DNA of 60,268 bases, taken from contig JALAGF010001672.1 in assembly GCA_030167865.1 (NCBI GenBank), forward strand, positions 1 to 60,268. The letters are read 5' to 3'. The DNA comes from Craspedostauros australis. Taxonomy: Eukaryota. Of this stretch, positions 43,763 through 54,508 are shown one piece after another (position 1 is the first letter of the stretch; the number at the start of each line of letters is the position of its first letter). Below the pieces are notes generated by a model that was not told the origin of the DNA, made no database searches, and worked only from the letters and a program-made list of their open reading frames with translations. The position numbers were made by a program, and so were the translations under genes.

Positions 43763-46312
43763 ATGCTGAACAAGGAAGCAGACAAACCAACGTCGAAGAT
43801 GACCAGCAACAGCGCCCCGCTCCCGAGGTGCTTCTGCAACTGGAAGCACTGCCGGACCTGGCAGAAGGAGTTTGCGACCACCGGCCACCCGCACTTCAGC
43901 GGGGTCATCAAGCTCAAGTTCTACACCGACAGCACCAAGAGCATGGCGCTCAAGTCCGCCGTGGAGCGCTGCCTCCGGGTCGACGCCAGCCGCCGCAACG
44001 AGTGGAAGGTCGTGGACGGCCGCGAGCTGGCGCGCTTCTACGTGGCCAAGCACCACTACACCCCGCAGATCCTCGAGGCCTACAACAAGGACCGCAAGAC
44101 CTGGGACTGGAGCGAGCCGCTGGATGCCATGGACGCCAAGCAGCTCCTGCACGAGCGCTCCGACGCCTACTACTCCGACGATGAGGAGTCCGTCGACAGC
44201 GACATGGCCCGCTACGTCCAGACGCCCAACGTGCCCAAGGACAAGGTGCGCGAGGCCCTCTCCCTGTGGCACGAGAAGCTCGACCAGATGGAGGAAGGAA
44301 AGGACGCCGGCGACAACGAGGACCACAACGTTGGCCACGACGTTGGTCACGACGCCGAGCAGGACGCAGAGCAGAACGAAGACGCCCAAGACCAGGACCA
44401 GGACCAGGACCTGGACCTAGCCAACGAGGATGCTCAGCAGCAGCAGGACCATTCGGACCCGCAGGCCGATGTCAAGCCCCCCGCATCGTCGCGAGCCGGC
44501 AACGGAGAATCGCAGCACACGCAGAGCACCCTGGCCACCACCGTCACCGACCTGCACGCCATGGAGAACCTCTCCATCAGCGGCCCGTCCCCCACCGGCA
44601 GCAACAGCAGGAACCACAACAACAGCCACCTCACCACCATCAACGGACCGGCGCCTCCCGTGGCTCCCACTCGCTCTGCGGACGGCGGCAACGCCCAAAG
44701 CGAGGAGAACGTGCTGCTGCGGGAGCAGCTCAGCGCATACCAGGATCAGCTCAGCCAGCTCCAGAACCTGGTCCAGACACTCACCAGCCAGATTGGTCCC
44801 GGCATGGCCGGTGCTGCCGGTCCAGGTGCACCTCCGCCACCCGCTCTGCAACAGCAGCAACCGCCGCCATCGCAGGACACCGCGCCATCCAGCCGCAGGA
44901 AGAACAAGAAGGCCAACCGCGACGACAAGAGCAGCGGCCGCGAAGAGTCGGAGGACGAGAACTGGAACGAGCAAGGTGCCCGTCCCGGTGGCAAGCGCGG
45001 TGGCGCAACCAACAGACCCGCCAACGGCCCAGCGGACGACGACGACATCGCCCAAATGCCCACGTACAACCGCACCGCAAGGCACGGCCCTAGATACACG
45101 GCTCGCAAGAGCAGCGTGCGATCGAAGCGCTCCATCCGCAGAGACAGCATGCACTCCCGAAGGAATTCCATCCACTCTCGCCGCAGCATGCGCGGCGGAG
45201 GCGGAGGCGGAGACGATGCCTCGGTCATGTCACGCCAATCGCTGCATTCGGTCTCCCCCAGCATCAAATCGCTGCCGCGTGAGATCGAGCTCATGGACGA
45301 CGACGAAGACGAGGAGGGGAGCGAATCCATGCGACGTCGCGGTGCCGGATCAACTGGACGACGTGGGGGACGCAACCGCGGTGGCGCCACCCCAGGTGCA
45401 GGCGACGACGACTACAACGAAGATCAGTACCGCCGTCCCGAAGACGACACCCGTTCCGTCGGTTCCCGAAGCGCCGCATCGCGACGGTCCAGGCAATCCT
45501 TCGTCGGCAGGAACCGAGCCAGAGGCTCCCGTGTCGGCGGTGCCAACAACAACGCAGGCGCCGCCAACAATAACAACAGCAACAGCAACCGCGGTGCACA
45601 ATCCTCCTCCTCCAGCCGCGGCAGCGGTCGCGGCGGCGTCAGCGTCCCTGTTGAGATCGACGTGTCCGGCGACGAGCTCGAGGACGAGACCTACGCCAAC
45701 GTCTCCAATGACACCCTCTACGTCAAGAAGCGCGACATCGTCGACCCCTACGGCGAGCAGGGCGTGTACACAGGGGCTCTGTCAAGATCCACCGGCATGC
45801 CCAACGGACGCGGCCGTCTCGAATACGAACGTGCGGGCAGGTGGTACGAGGGCGACTGGTGCCACGGACGATGGACCGGCTACGGCCGTCTCTCCAACGG
45901 CGACGGCGACTTCTATGAAGGCGGCCTTCGCAACGACCACAAGCACGGTCGCGGCAAGATGCACTTTGCCGATGGACGCCTGTTCGAGGGAGAGTACGTG
46001 CGCGGCCAGATGGTTCAGGGACAGATGACGTACCAGGACGGCAGCGTGTACAACGGATCCTGGGTGGATGGAATGCGCCACGGAACAGGTCAGTGCGTCT
46101 TCGTGGATGGATCTGAATACCAGGGCGAGTTCAAGGAGGGCAGCTTCCATGGCCAAGGCCGAATGACATGGAACGACGGTGGCTGGTACATCGGCCAATG
46201 GTGGGACGGCGAGATGAACGGTCGCGGAAGAGAAATTCGCCCCGACGGCAGCCTGCGTCATGACGGAGAGTGGAGTCGGGGACAGCCGATTCGCAACAAG
46301 ACATCGAGATAA
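43763..46312 (+). CDS. Protein with a Cys/His N-terminal domain, coiled coil, disordered R/S/G-rich middle and ~8 C-terminal MORN repeats (paralogue A)
   Basis: 849-aa ORF with strong codon bias. N-terminal CFCNWKHC...YVAKHHYTP. MORN units: YTG, YEGDW, YEGGL, FEGEY, YNGSW, YQGEF, YIGQW, HDGEW. Confidence 0.9.
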   Translation: MLNKEADKPTSKMTSNSAPLPRCFCNWKHCRTWQKEFATTGHPHFSGVIKLKFYTDSTKSMALKSAVERCLRVDASRRNEWKVVDGRELARFYVAKHHYTPQILEAYNKDRKTWDWSEPLDAMDAKQLLHERSDAYYSDDEESVDSDMARYVQTPNVPKDKVREALSLWHEKLDQMEEGKDAGDNEDHNVGHDVGHDAEQDAEQNEDAQDQDQDQDLDLANEDAQQQQDHSDPQADVKPPASSRAGNGESQHTQSTLATTVTDLHAMENLSISGPSPTGSNSRNHNNSHLTTINGPAPPVAPTRSADGGNAQSEENVLLREQLSAYQDQLSQLQNLVQTLTSQIGPGMAGAAGPGAPPPPALQQQQPPPSQDTAPSSRRKNKKANRDDKSSGREESEDENWNEQGARPGGKRGGATNRPANGPADDDDIAQMPTYNRTARHGPRYTARKSSVRSKRSIRRDSMHSRRNSIHSRRSMRGGGGGGDDASVMSRQSLHSVSPSIKSLPREIELMDDDEDEEGSESMRRRGAGSTGRRGGRNRGGATPGAGDDDYNEDQYRRPEDDTRSVGSRSAASRRSRQSFVGRNRARGSRVGGANNNAGAANNNNSNSNRGAQSSSSSRGSGRGGVSVPVEIDVSGDELEDETYANVSNDTLYVKKRDIVDPYGEQGVYTGALSRSTGMPNGRGRLEYERAGRWYEGDWCHGRWTGYGRLSNGDGDFYEGGLRNDHKHGRGKMHFADGRLFEGEYVRGQMVQGQMTYQDGSVYNGSWVDGMRHGTGQCVFVDGSEYQGEFKEGSFHGQGRMTWNDGGWYIGQWWDGEMNGRGREIRPDGSLRHDGEWSRGQPIRNKTSR

Positions 46313-48237
46313 TGATGCTGCGACGCACAGTGCGTCCAATCACGACAGGTCGCTGGCAACAACGCAGACAGAATTGTATAACACCACCGACATGGATTTG
46401 GAGGTCCTCGAATACACACAGCTGCAATTACAGGAGCATGATTCACCGCCTCTCAAGTACTATTACTCTATAAGTAGCCAAACTTTCACACATAGCCTTC
46501 ACCATGCCAGCATGTGCCGATAGCAGATGAGCAGCGTGATAGGATATGGTGCAAGAGACAGAGGCAGAGAAAAGCTGTTGTTGCTGATACGCGAGATCCA
46601 ACGAACGCATGTGGCGGACCGGCGCTTTGGATAGGAGCAGTCCGCGTTTGATTGCAATCCCATGTTGTGTGACAACATCAGCGGCCAGAGCTGATCGAGC
46701 ACGACATTCTGCACACATGCATCCATTCGTGGACATCCTGATCTGTATGCACAGGGAAAGCCAGCTGGAGATCGTCGAAAGGATGGATTCATTCAACAAT
46801 GAAATGAAACGAGGTGTCGGACTCTTCGAGCAAGTCGCGAAGGAGGCGAGAGTAGTGCTCGGATAGAATTACTCCAAACTGATTCGGCTGTCTGCTGTCC
46901 GTACGTCGGGTGTCTGGCCAACGCGGAACGGGCGTTGCTGTCATCCTATTGCGACACCAGACGATGCGTGGAGCAATCGATGATGATCATTGTGTGGGCT
47001 TGGCACATGAGGACTTGCGTGCAGCGCGTTTTGTGGATGGCACACAATGTGCGTTCGACTTCGCCCCTGTCTGATGTGGTTGACTGAACTTGCTGTGATC
47101 CCTTTGTCAATGGAGACCATGGGCTGTGGAAAGGCGCCAACGATGATCCATGGGTAGCACAGCCCCCACCGAAGCTGTGCGCGCCAATGTCGAAGGACTG
47201 CATTTAGCGTGACTCATTTTGTGTCATGACGAAGACTAAGTGATCGTGGCGAGGAACTGGGCAATTATGGGAAGAGCCATACTTGTCACACAGTCCCAAG
47301 CGAGCCAGCAGGGGATCGATGCCCAGAAATTAAGTTCCTTTTCCTGCCTCGAACGAAACGTGCCCAACAAATGACAAGAAGTCGTTGCACGTGAGTGGAA
47401 AGCGTGAAGTCGACTGGTTTTGACGCAACATGGGAAACTACAGGTGGAAGCGCGGACAGAAGGACGATGAAGAAGGAACCGCAGATATTTCTTGCGCACT
47501 CTGTTGGCCGCACAACGACGAGAGCACATGGTACAACTGCACAACAGCACGGACGACGGAGCCGACAACAGCCACAACGACCAAGAAAAGCAGCATTTGC
47601 CAAAAACGTTGAAGAAGAGGTTCAGAGAAGGGGACAGCAAGATCAACAAAGAAAGCAGACAAGAGAGAGAGGTTCACGAGCGGCATCTCCTTGTGTGCGA
47701 TCGACCATTGTGTCATCACTGACCAAGAGACTGTACTATTATATTATATAATAGAATAGAATAGTATACAGCATTGCACGACTATTCATCGGGAGCAACC
47801 ACAGGAGCAAGGACGGCAAGAGAGGCCAGCAAGGAGAGCGAAGTGCGCACAACACAAGACAAGACAAGACAGCACAACGCAGTCGAAGGAACAGCCAGAC
47901 CTGCCGTTCCCCAAACCGCCGTGTGACGAAATCTGACACGATCCGGTAAGACCAAAACACAGGCGACCGCGGTGGCGCAAACGAACGTTCTCTCTTTGGA
48001 CCAAGAAAAGGCAAAGCACGAACCAGCGCGGAGTGGAGAGTGGAGAGCGGAGAGTGCAAGAAGTCCCCAGACAAGCAGACAGGATCACGTTGCGTTGAGT
48101 TGCATTGAGTTGCATTGAGTTGCATCCATACTCGTAGTAGTACCATAGTCGTATGATCCACTGGTGCTGCCATTGGTGTCAGGCCATTGATCACAGAACA
48201 GCACAGAGCAGAACACAATAGAAGCACAAGTACGACT

Positions 48238-51015
48238 ATGGTGGTGAACGAGGAGGACAGGAGCTTCGCGACGAGGTCCATGGGGACGCACAATGACAGG
48301 TCCATCACCAGCAGCCACCATGGCAGTAGACACACGAACGGCACTAGCAACAGCAATGGCGGCAGCAATGGCAACAGCAATGGCAACCAACTAATGCCCA
48401 AGTGCTTCTGCAACTGGAGCAACTGCAGAGCATGGCAGAAGGAGTTCGCAGCCACCAACCACCCATGCTACACCGGAGCCATCAAGCTGAAGTTCTACAG
48501 GAGCAGCCCCAAGAGCATGGCGCTCAAGGCGGCCGTGGAGACCTGCCTCAACGTGGACCCCGGCCGCAGGGACGGATGGAAGCTGCAGGACGGCGACCAC
48601 ATGTGCCGCTTCTACGTCGCCAGGCACCACTACACGCCGCAGATCCTGGAGGCCTACAGCCGCGACAGGAAGGCCTGGGACTGGAGCCAGCCCCTCACAG
48701 CCGACCAGGCCAAGGACCTCCTCTACGCGCGCTGCCACCCCTACTACTCTGACGACGAGGCCTCTGTGGACAGCGACGACGCCAGGTACATACAGACGCC
48801 CGACGTTCCCATGGATCAGGTCAGGCAGGCCATGTTGCGCTGGCATGAGGAGCTGGATCGCATGTACGCGGATCAGGATGAGCATGAGCATGACAATGAG
48901 CATATCAATGACAATGAGCATATCAATGACAATGAGCATATCAATGACAACCATCAGGCGCAGCATGCGGACGTGGTCAAGTCGCCCACGGGCGGCAAGT
49001 CAGCCTCGCAGCACACGCAGAGCACCTTGTCCACCAACGTCACAGACCGATTCGAGGCCATGTCCGTGGGTGGAGGCCCCAGCTTGGATCAGAGTCTTTC
49101 CCATTCTCATGTCACCAACAACACCAACACCAACAACAACACCAACAACACCAACAACGCTCCTGGCAGGGAACAACAGAACCAAGCGCTGAGGCAGCAG
49201 ATCTCCATGTGTCAGGAGCAGATCGAGCAGCTCATGAACATCGTCCAGACCCTCAACACTCATGTCAATCAAGGAGCCGCTGTTGCTCCTGCCCCTGCTA
49301 CCACTCCTCCTACTCCTACTGCTACTCCTACTGCTACTGCTGTTCCCACAACCACTACCACTGCGACCAATGCGGCCAGACCGCGACGTCAGATCTCAGG
49401 TGCAGATGCCACGTTTGGTGGTGGCAATGCGACGCGTGATCAACGTCCCGAGGACACCAGCAATGCCCCACGTCGACGCAGAGCGCGAAAGAACAACAAC
49501 AGCAACAACAGCAACAACAGCAACAACAACAACCACCGCGATGATGCCAGCGGCATTCGCAGCAACACCAGCAGGACCGATGAGTCGGAGGACGAAGGAT
49601 GGAGCGAGACGAAGCAGCAGACGCCACCTTCCGATGACGATGAGACGATATCCACCTTCCACATGGCGCACACCAACAACCGATCGTCCCACTCGCGACA
49701 TTCATCCCGACAATCCGCCCGCAAGGGCAGCATCCGCTCCAAAAGATCCATGCGCAGGGACAGCATACACTCCAAACGCAACTCGGCGCACTCCAGGCGC
49801 AGCATGCGAGGTGGCGCCACCACCAACAGCGGCAGCGGGGGCGGTGACGATCAGTCATGCATGTCGCAGTCGCTGCAATCCATATCGCCCAGCATCCGAT
49901 CGCTGCCCAGGGAAATTGAGCTCATGGACGAGGACGATGGTGACGATGTCATGAGGCGCCGTGGTGCTGCGGCCGGCATGAACGCCATCGGCGGTGGCAC
50001 GGCCACCAACGCCAACCATGTCGGCGGAGGCAACCGCGGGCACCGGGGCGGTCGCAACCATCATCGTGGCGCTGCTGGCCCCGGCGAGGACGATCAATCC
50101 TTCTTCGATGATTCCTACCGCCGTCCAGATGACGATGCGCGATCCGTCGGGTCACGCAGCGCGGCATCTCGTCGTTCGCGTCAATCGTTTGTCGGTGGCA
50201 GGAATCGCGGTGCCCGGGGCGGATCCAATCGTCTGGCTGCCCGAACCAACGCCGGCAGCACGGCGCCAACCTACGCCACCAGCGGCAGCCAGTCACACTC
50301 CACCTCCAGCCGCGGCAGCGGCCGGGGAGGTTCCAGCGTGCCCAGCGAGATCGCCCTCTCCGGCGATGAAATGGAGGACGAGACCTCCGCCAACGTCTCC
50401 AACGACACGCTCCACGTCGTCAACCGCGACATCGTCGATCCCTACGGCGAGAAGGGCGTTTACACGGGTGGCCTGTCCAAGTCCACCTCCATGCCATTCG
50501 GCAAGGGACGCCTGGAGTATGAGCGTCCCGGGAGATGGTACGAAGGCGACTGGTGCCACGGCCGCTGGACAGGGTTTGGTCGCCTGTCCAATGGCGACGG
50601 CGATTTTTACGAGGGTGGCCTCAAGAATGATCACAAGCACGGCTCCGGCAAGATGAAGTTCGCAGACGGACGCATCTTCGAAGGACAGTACGTCCGCGGC
50701 CAGATGATGCAGGGCAAGATGACCTACCATGACGGCAGCGTCTACAACGGAGCCTGGGTCGACGGCATGCGCCACGGACGCGGTAAGTGCGTCTTCGTCG
50801 ACGGTTCCGAGTACGAGGGCGAGTTCAAGGAGGGAAGCTTCCACGGCCAAGGCAAGATGACATGGAACGACGGCGGCTGGTACATCGGCCACTGGTGCGA
50901 CGGCGAGATGAACGGCTACGGCAAGGAGATTCGTCCTGACGGCAGCCTACGTCATGAAGGCGAGTGGCGCAGCGGGCAGCCCCTTCGCGATTCGCAACAG
51001 CACAGGAGGCGGTAG
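48238..51015 (+). CDS. Tandem paralogue B of 43763-46312 (Cys/His N-terminal domain plus ~8 MORN repeats)
   Basis: First ATG at 48238 (925 aa). Shares closely similar blocks with paralogue A: CFCNWSNCRAWQKEF, SMALKAAVE, HHYTPQILEAY, LPREIELMD, SVGSRSAASRRSRQSFVG and the whole MORN domain. Confidence 0.9.
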   Translation: MVVNEEDRSFATRSMGTHNDRSITSSHHGSRHTNGTSNSNGGSNGNSNGNQLMPKCFCNWSNCRAWQKEFAATNHPCYTGAIKLKFYRSSPKSMALKAAVETCLNVDPGRRDGWKLQDGDHMCRFYVARHHYTPQILEAYSRDRKAWDWSQPLTADQAKDLLYARCHPYYSDDEASVDSDDARYIQTPDVPMDQVRQAMLRWHEELDRMYADQDEHEHDNEHINDNEHINDNEHINDNHQAQHADVVKSPTGGKSASQHTQSTLSTNVTDRFEAMSVGGGPSLDQSLSHSHVTNNTNTNNNTNNTNNAPGREQQNQALRQQISMCQEQIEQLMNIVQTLNTHVNQGAAVAPAPATTPPTPTATPTATAVPTTTTTATNAARPRRQISGADATFGGGNATRDQRPEDTSNAPRRRRARKNNNSNNSNNSNNNNHRDDASGIRSNTSRTDESEDEGWSETKQQTPPSDDDETISTFHMAHTNNRSSHSRHSSRQSARKGSIRSKRSMRRDSIHSKRNSAHSRRSMRGGATTNSGSGGGDDQSCMSQSLQSISPSIRSLPREIELMDEDDGDDVMRRRGAAAGMNAIGGGTATNANHVGGGNRGHRGGRNHHRGAAGPGEDDQSFFDDSYRRPDDDARSVGSRSAASRRSRQSFVGGRNRGARGGSNRLAARTNAGSTAPTYATSGSQSHSTSSRGSGRGGSSVPSEIALSGDEMEDETSANVSNDTLHVVNRDIVDPYGEKGVYTGGLSKSTSMPFGKGRLEYERPGRWYEGDWCHGRWTGFGRLSNGDGDFYEGGLKNDHKHGSGKMKFADGRIFEGQYVRGQMMQGKMTYHDGSVYNGAWVDGMRHGRGKCVFVDGSEYEGEFKEGSFHGQGKMTWNDGGWYIGHWCDGEMNGYGKEIRPDGSLRHEGEWRSGQPLRDSQQHRRR
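48898..48951 (+). repeat. 18-bp coding tandem repeat x3 (EHINDN)
   Basis: gagcatatcaatgacaa(t/c) occurs three times in tandem. Confidence 0.9.
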
Positions 51016-51511
51016 GCGGCGCAACGCAATGCAATGCAATTATGCCGATGCCCACCGTAATATAGCATGCAGAATATACTCTATAGCATAGCATAATATA
51101 GCATAGCATGGTGCCATTGTACTCGATCTTTGCTCTTTTCTATTGGTGTTGCGGAGAGATGTGGAAGAATGGTACGAGTACTAATCCTGCGCTGTAGTGA
51201 TGATGCTCGTAGCAACCGCGATGAAGCTAGAAGGATACGACTACTCCTACGACTTGTTCGAGCATCCACTCACAACAATTCCGAACACGGTGAGAAAAAT
51301 GAATGACCCACGCTCATGCCTGTTGGCGCGGAGATATTTCTTTGTGTGGACAGATGGTGACCAGCTGCCGGAACGCTGACACACAAAGAACAAGCATCCC
51401 ATCATCGGTCTCTGTCTCTCTCGGATACCATTGTTCCTCTGCATTCATCTTTCGGATCGTAAAACGTAAGTGGCCATCACATCGAAGTGAGAACGAGTGC
51501 GTCCATCACAG

Positions 51512-51602
51512 CAACCATAATAACCACAACAGCCACAACAACCATAATAACCACAACAGCCACAACAACCATAATAACCACAATAACCACAACAGCCACA
51601 AC
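51512..51602 (+). repeat. ~27-bp tandem repeat (caaccataataaccacaacagccacaa), about 3 copies, in the 5' region of the DUF3119 gene
   Basis: Directly visible; the third copy is imperfect. Confidence 0.85.
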
Positions 51603-51649
51603 AAACACACAAATCACAACAACCCAATTCAGCAACAGCAACAGCAACA

Positions 51650-52844
51650 ATGAAGATCCTTCTCTTGCTTTGGATTCCAACCGTCGCCACGGCCTTTGCC
51701 TTGAGCCCATCCAAGCAACAGCGTTGCTCCACCACATTGAACGTCGGCCTGTCGCATTGGCAGGATGGTGGCAGCAACGACGATTGGAGCGACAAGCCAA
51801 TTCCGAAGTACGAATCCACAGCAACCCGGTCATCGCTGGGGCCTGTGCCTGCCGTGCAACGATGGATGAAGGAGGACGTCATGATCGACCCGAGCTACAC
51901 GTTGACCATGGCGGTCGCTGCGCTGGGTCCGTTGATCATGTGGTATCATCCATGTAAGTTGTGATCACATGTGTCTGTGGGTGTGTGGGTATGATGGTGG
52001 GTTTGGTGACGGATGCCGCGAGCGGATACAGATACGGGTGCGCATGTGAGAATTCCTCTTCAGAAGAGCGCTGAAGCCTCTTCACCCTCTGCGTGCACCA
52101 TTGCTATGAACGACATCAGCATTCCCATTGCGTATCGTAGAATGCCAACCTCACCCATGCATCATGCACCACGCCATACTCTCTCGTCTTGCTCGTTGCC
52201 ATCGTCGCCTTCTTGTTCTTGTTCTGTTGTTCCTTCGGATCTTCCGTTGGTGTTCTTTTCCCCTCCCCGTACTTTTCCAACGGCTCGGTTGAATGCAAAT
52301 GCCATCCATCCGACTATCATCATTTTCATACCATGCGCATCATACCATACGCATCATCCACCTCACAGCCTACGCATTGGATGGATCCCCCTCTATGATC
52401 GGGATCATGGGTGGGTGCTTCCACCTGCTGTTCGCTGCGCTGCTCTGGGTGCAGACTCGTCGCGTTCGCTGCGTCTTTGAGCGCGATGCCTTTGAGTTCT
52501 ACAACATCAAGGGGCACAAGCTCGATCTCGACAAGGGCGCCCGTTTGGAGACCAAACCGTCCAACTACGTCACGGGATCTTCCAATCGTTGGAGGTATGA
52601 CAGCATCATCCACTACGGATTCTTCCCCTCCGAGCGATTCCCTGTCATCTGCTATTTCAAGGAGACAGATACGCCGGAGGAGCAGTGGAATCGCTGGTTC
52701 GCGGCATTTGATTCCTACGGACGTGGCCAACCGCACTTCTTCCCGGGCATCTGCGACGTCGCCCAGTTCAAGCACGAGATGGAGAGCCGCGGAGTGAAGA
52801 GAAAGGAGATCCCCACATTCAAGAAGTTGGCAAGCCCCAAATGA
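51650..52844 (+). CDS. Plastid-targeted DUF3119-family membrane protein; 2 exons, 259 aa
   Basis: Exon 1 is 51650-51953, the intron is 51954-52368 (GTAAGT...CACAG) and exon 2 is 52369-52844, in frame (HP|S-YALDG). Signal peptide MKILLLLWIPTVATA|FAL has the ASAF-type plastid motif. Family motifs: LWVQTRRVRCVF, NYVTGSSNRWRY, PVICYFKET, GQPHFFP. Confidence 0.8.
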
Positions 52845-53258
52845 GAATGTATCCATCCTGCACAGCGATTCAATGGTGCCCCTCTGGGGTATGCGCGAAG
52901 CGTGTACGGCGCAGAGGGACCATGCCATGCGTACAAGTCGTCTGGCAAACGGCGAGAGCACCAAGACGAAAATCGTGGAGATGCAAGGTCCAAGGCCCCA
53001 CTTGACTTCCTCCCACACCGAATCTTTGATTCATCAAATCCATTCTAAACACAGACAGAAAAACAATAGATATCTCATACATTCCATCATGCGCACGAGT
53101 AATGGTGTCGTTCATTGTTGATTCTGCGTCTTTGCTTTACCACATCGTGGGATGTGCGGACCATCATACTCGGAGGAGTGTAATACGAAATCCCTACTTC
53201 GCAGGCACAGGATCACCGAGTCACCCCTTTCGTTTATCCGTCCAAGACAGAATGACAT

Positions 53259-54508
53259 TTAACTGCTGCCTTTCTTCTGCCGCGATTTCGCAAGCGAATC
53301 TATGTACACCTGGAGGTTGTTTTGAACGTGCTCTTGCGTCATGAAGGCGCAGAAATCATCAGCATCCGATTGCCGATGCCGAATGAGATCATCGATGCGA
53401 GGCTTGCGGAACCACAGCTTGCTGTCGGCGCGTGCTGCGGAAGGTATTTCTGCCACCCATGATCGCAGGTAGGATTGCGCAGCCTCCAGGATGGCGTCGT
53501 CATGCGTCATCTCGACGAGCTGATCGACCAGACCAACTTGCAGGGCGTCGTTGGCATTGAACAGAGTGCCGCGCGCAAGGGCGAGTTCGGCATCGCGTCT
53601 TCCGATCGTATCGATGTACAACTGCGCCAACCACGGCGCGCAAACGATGCCAAGCCTGGACTCGTTGAGACCGATGTTGTAGGAGCCATTTGTCGCTGTG
53701 GTCGTCGCTTGCGGTGGCGATGCGAACATGCGGTAATCACAGAGCATGGCGAGGATGCAGCCACCAGCGATGGTATGGCCTCGGATGGAGGCGACCGAGG
53801 CCAACCTGGAGCCGTACAGGTCGATGTAGAGCTGCTGGAAGGCATGCCAGTACAGAGGCAGGCGATTTTCATCGGGCTTGTGAAATTCTTTCAGATCCAG
53901 GCCAGCCGAGAAGATGTTGGGGACCGCGGAATGCAGCACGAGGCCATGGATAGAATCATCCGACTCGGCTGCTTTGACCGTCTCCGACAAGGTCTGCAGC
54001 CTGTACTTGTAGCGTGATGCATATTTCGCATGGTAGTTGAGTATAGAGTGGAGTATTGCAATTGTGCATTGGCGTGCAAGTGGGAGCATGATATGATACA
54101 CGTGAGCGCGCACATGAGCGTTTTGCGGATGGAGAGGAAACGGAAATCAGTTGGTTGAGCCCGCAGGCAGAAGACCATAGAGTATTATATAATAGAATAT
54201 AATAGTACGCATTCATTGAACAGTCTCTGCAGAGAAAGAGAAAGCGAGGCATTAAGCGGCACATACATCTCAAGTGACAGCGTGTTGACTGGCGGGCTGT
54301 TCAAGGTGACAGTGATGATACCGCTATCAGTCTCCTTGTCGATCAGCACCAAGGAAGAGGAGGGTGAGCTTGATTCATTTGAGAGACGCCGGATGAGAGT
54401 GCCTTGTGCAACCGTATTGTGGAGCGGACGTCCGCCGGGAAGAAGTCTGCGGTTGGTGGCTGCTTGTGTTGCCTTCCGCAATGGTCTGAGGAAGTGGATG
54501 GATGCCAT
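53259..54508 (-). CDS. ECI1: Mitochondrial enoyl-CoA delta isomerase (crotonase superfamily); 2 exons, 327 aa
   Basis: Exon 1 is 54508-54267, the intron is 54266-54001 (GTATGT...TACAG) and exon 2 is 54000-53259. The junction gives LNSPPVNTLSLEM|LQTL. Motifs: IFSAGLDLKE, IRGHTIAGGCILAMLCDYR, IGLNESRLGI, ALQVGLVD. The N-terminus is Arg-rich and transit-peptide-like. Confidence 0.9.

Noticed and set aside
44430-46028. 532-aa alternative-frame ORF inside MORN paralogue A
   Set aside because: Same-strand frame shadow of a GC-rich, C-ending-codon gene. It is T/A/R/P-rich with no domain.
51512-51602. Regular repeats considered as CRISPR-like
   Set aside because: Head-to-tail low-complexity repeats without unique spacers, in a eukaryotic context with no cas genes.
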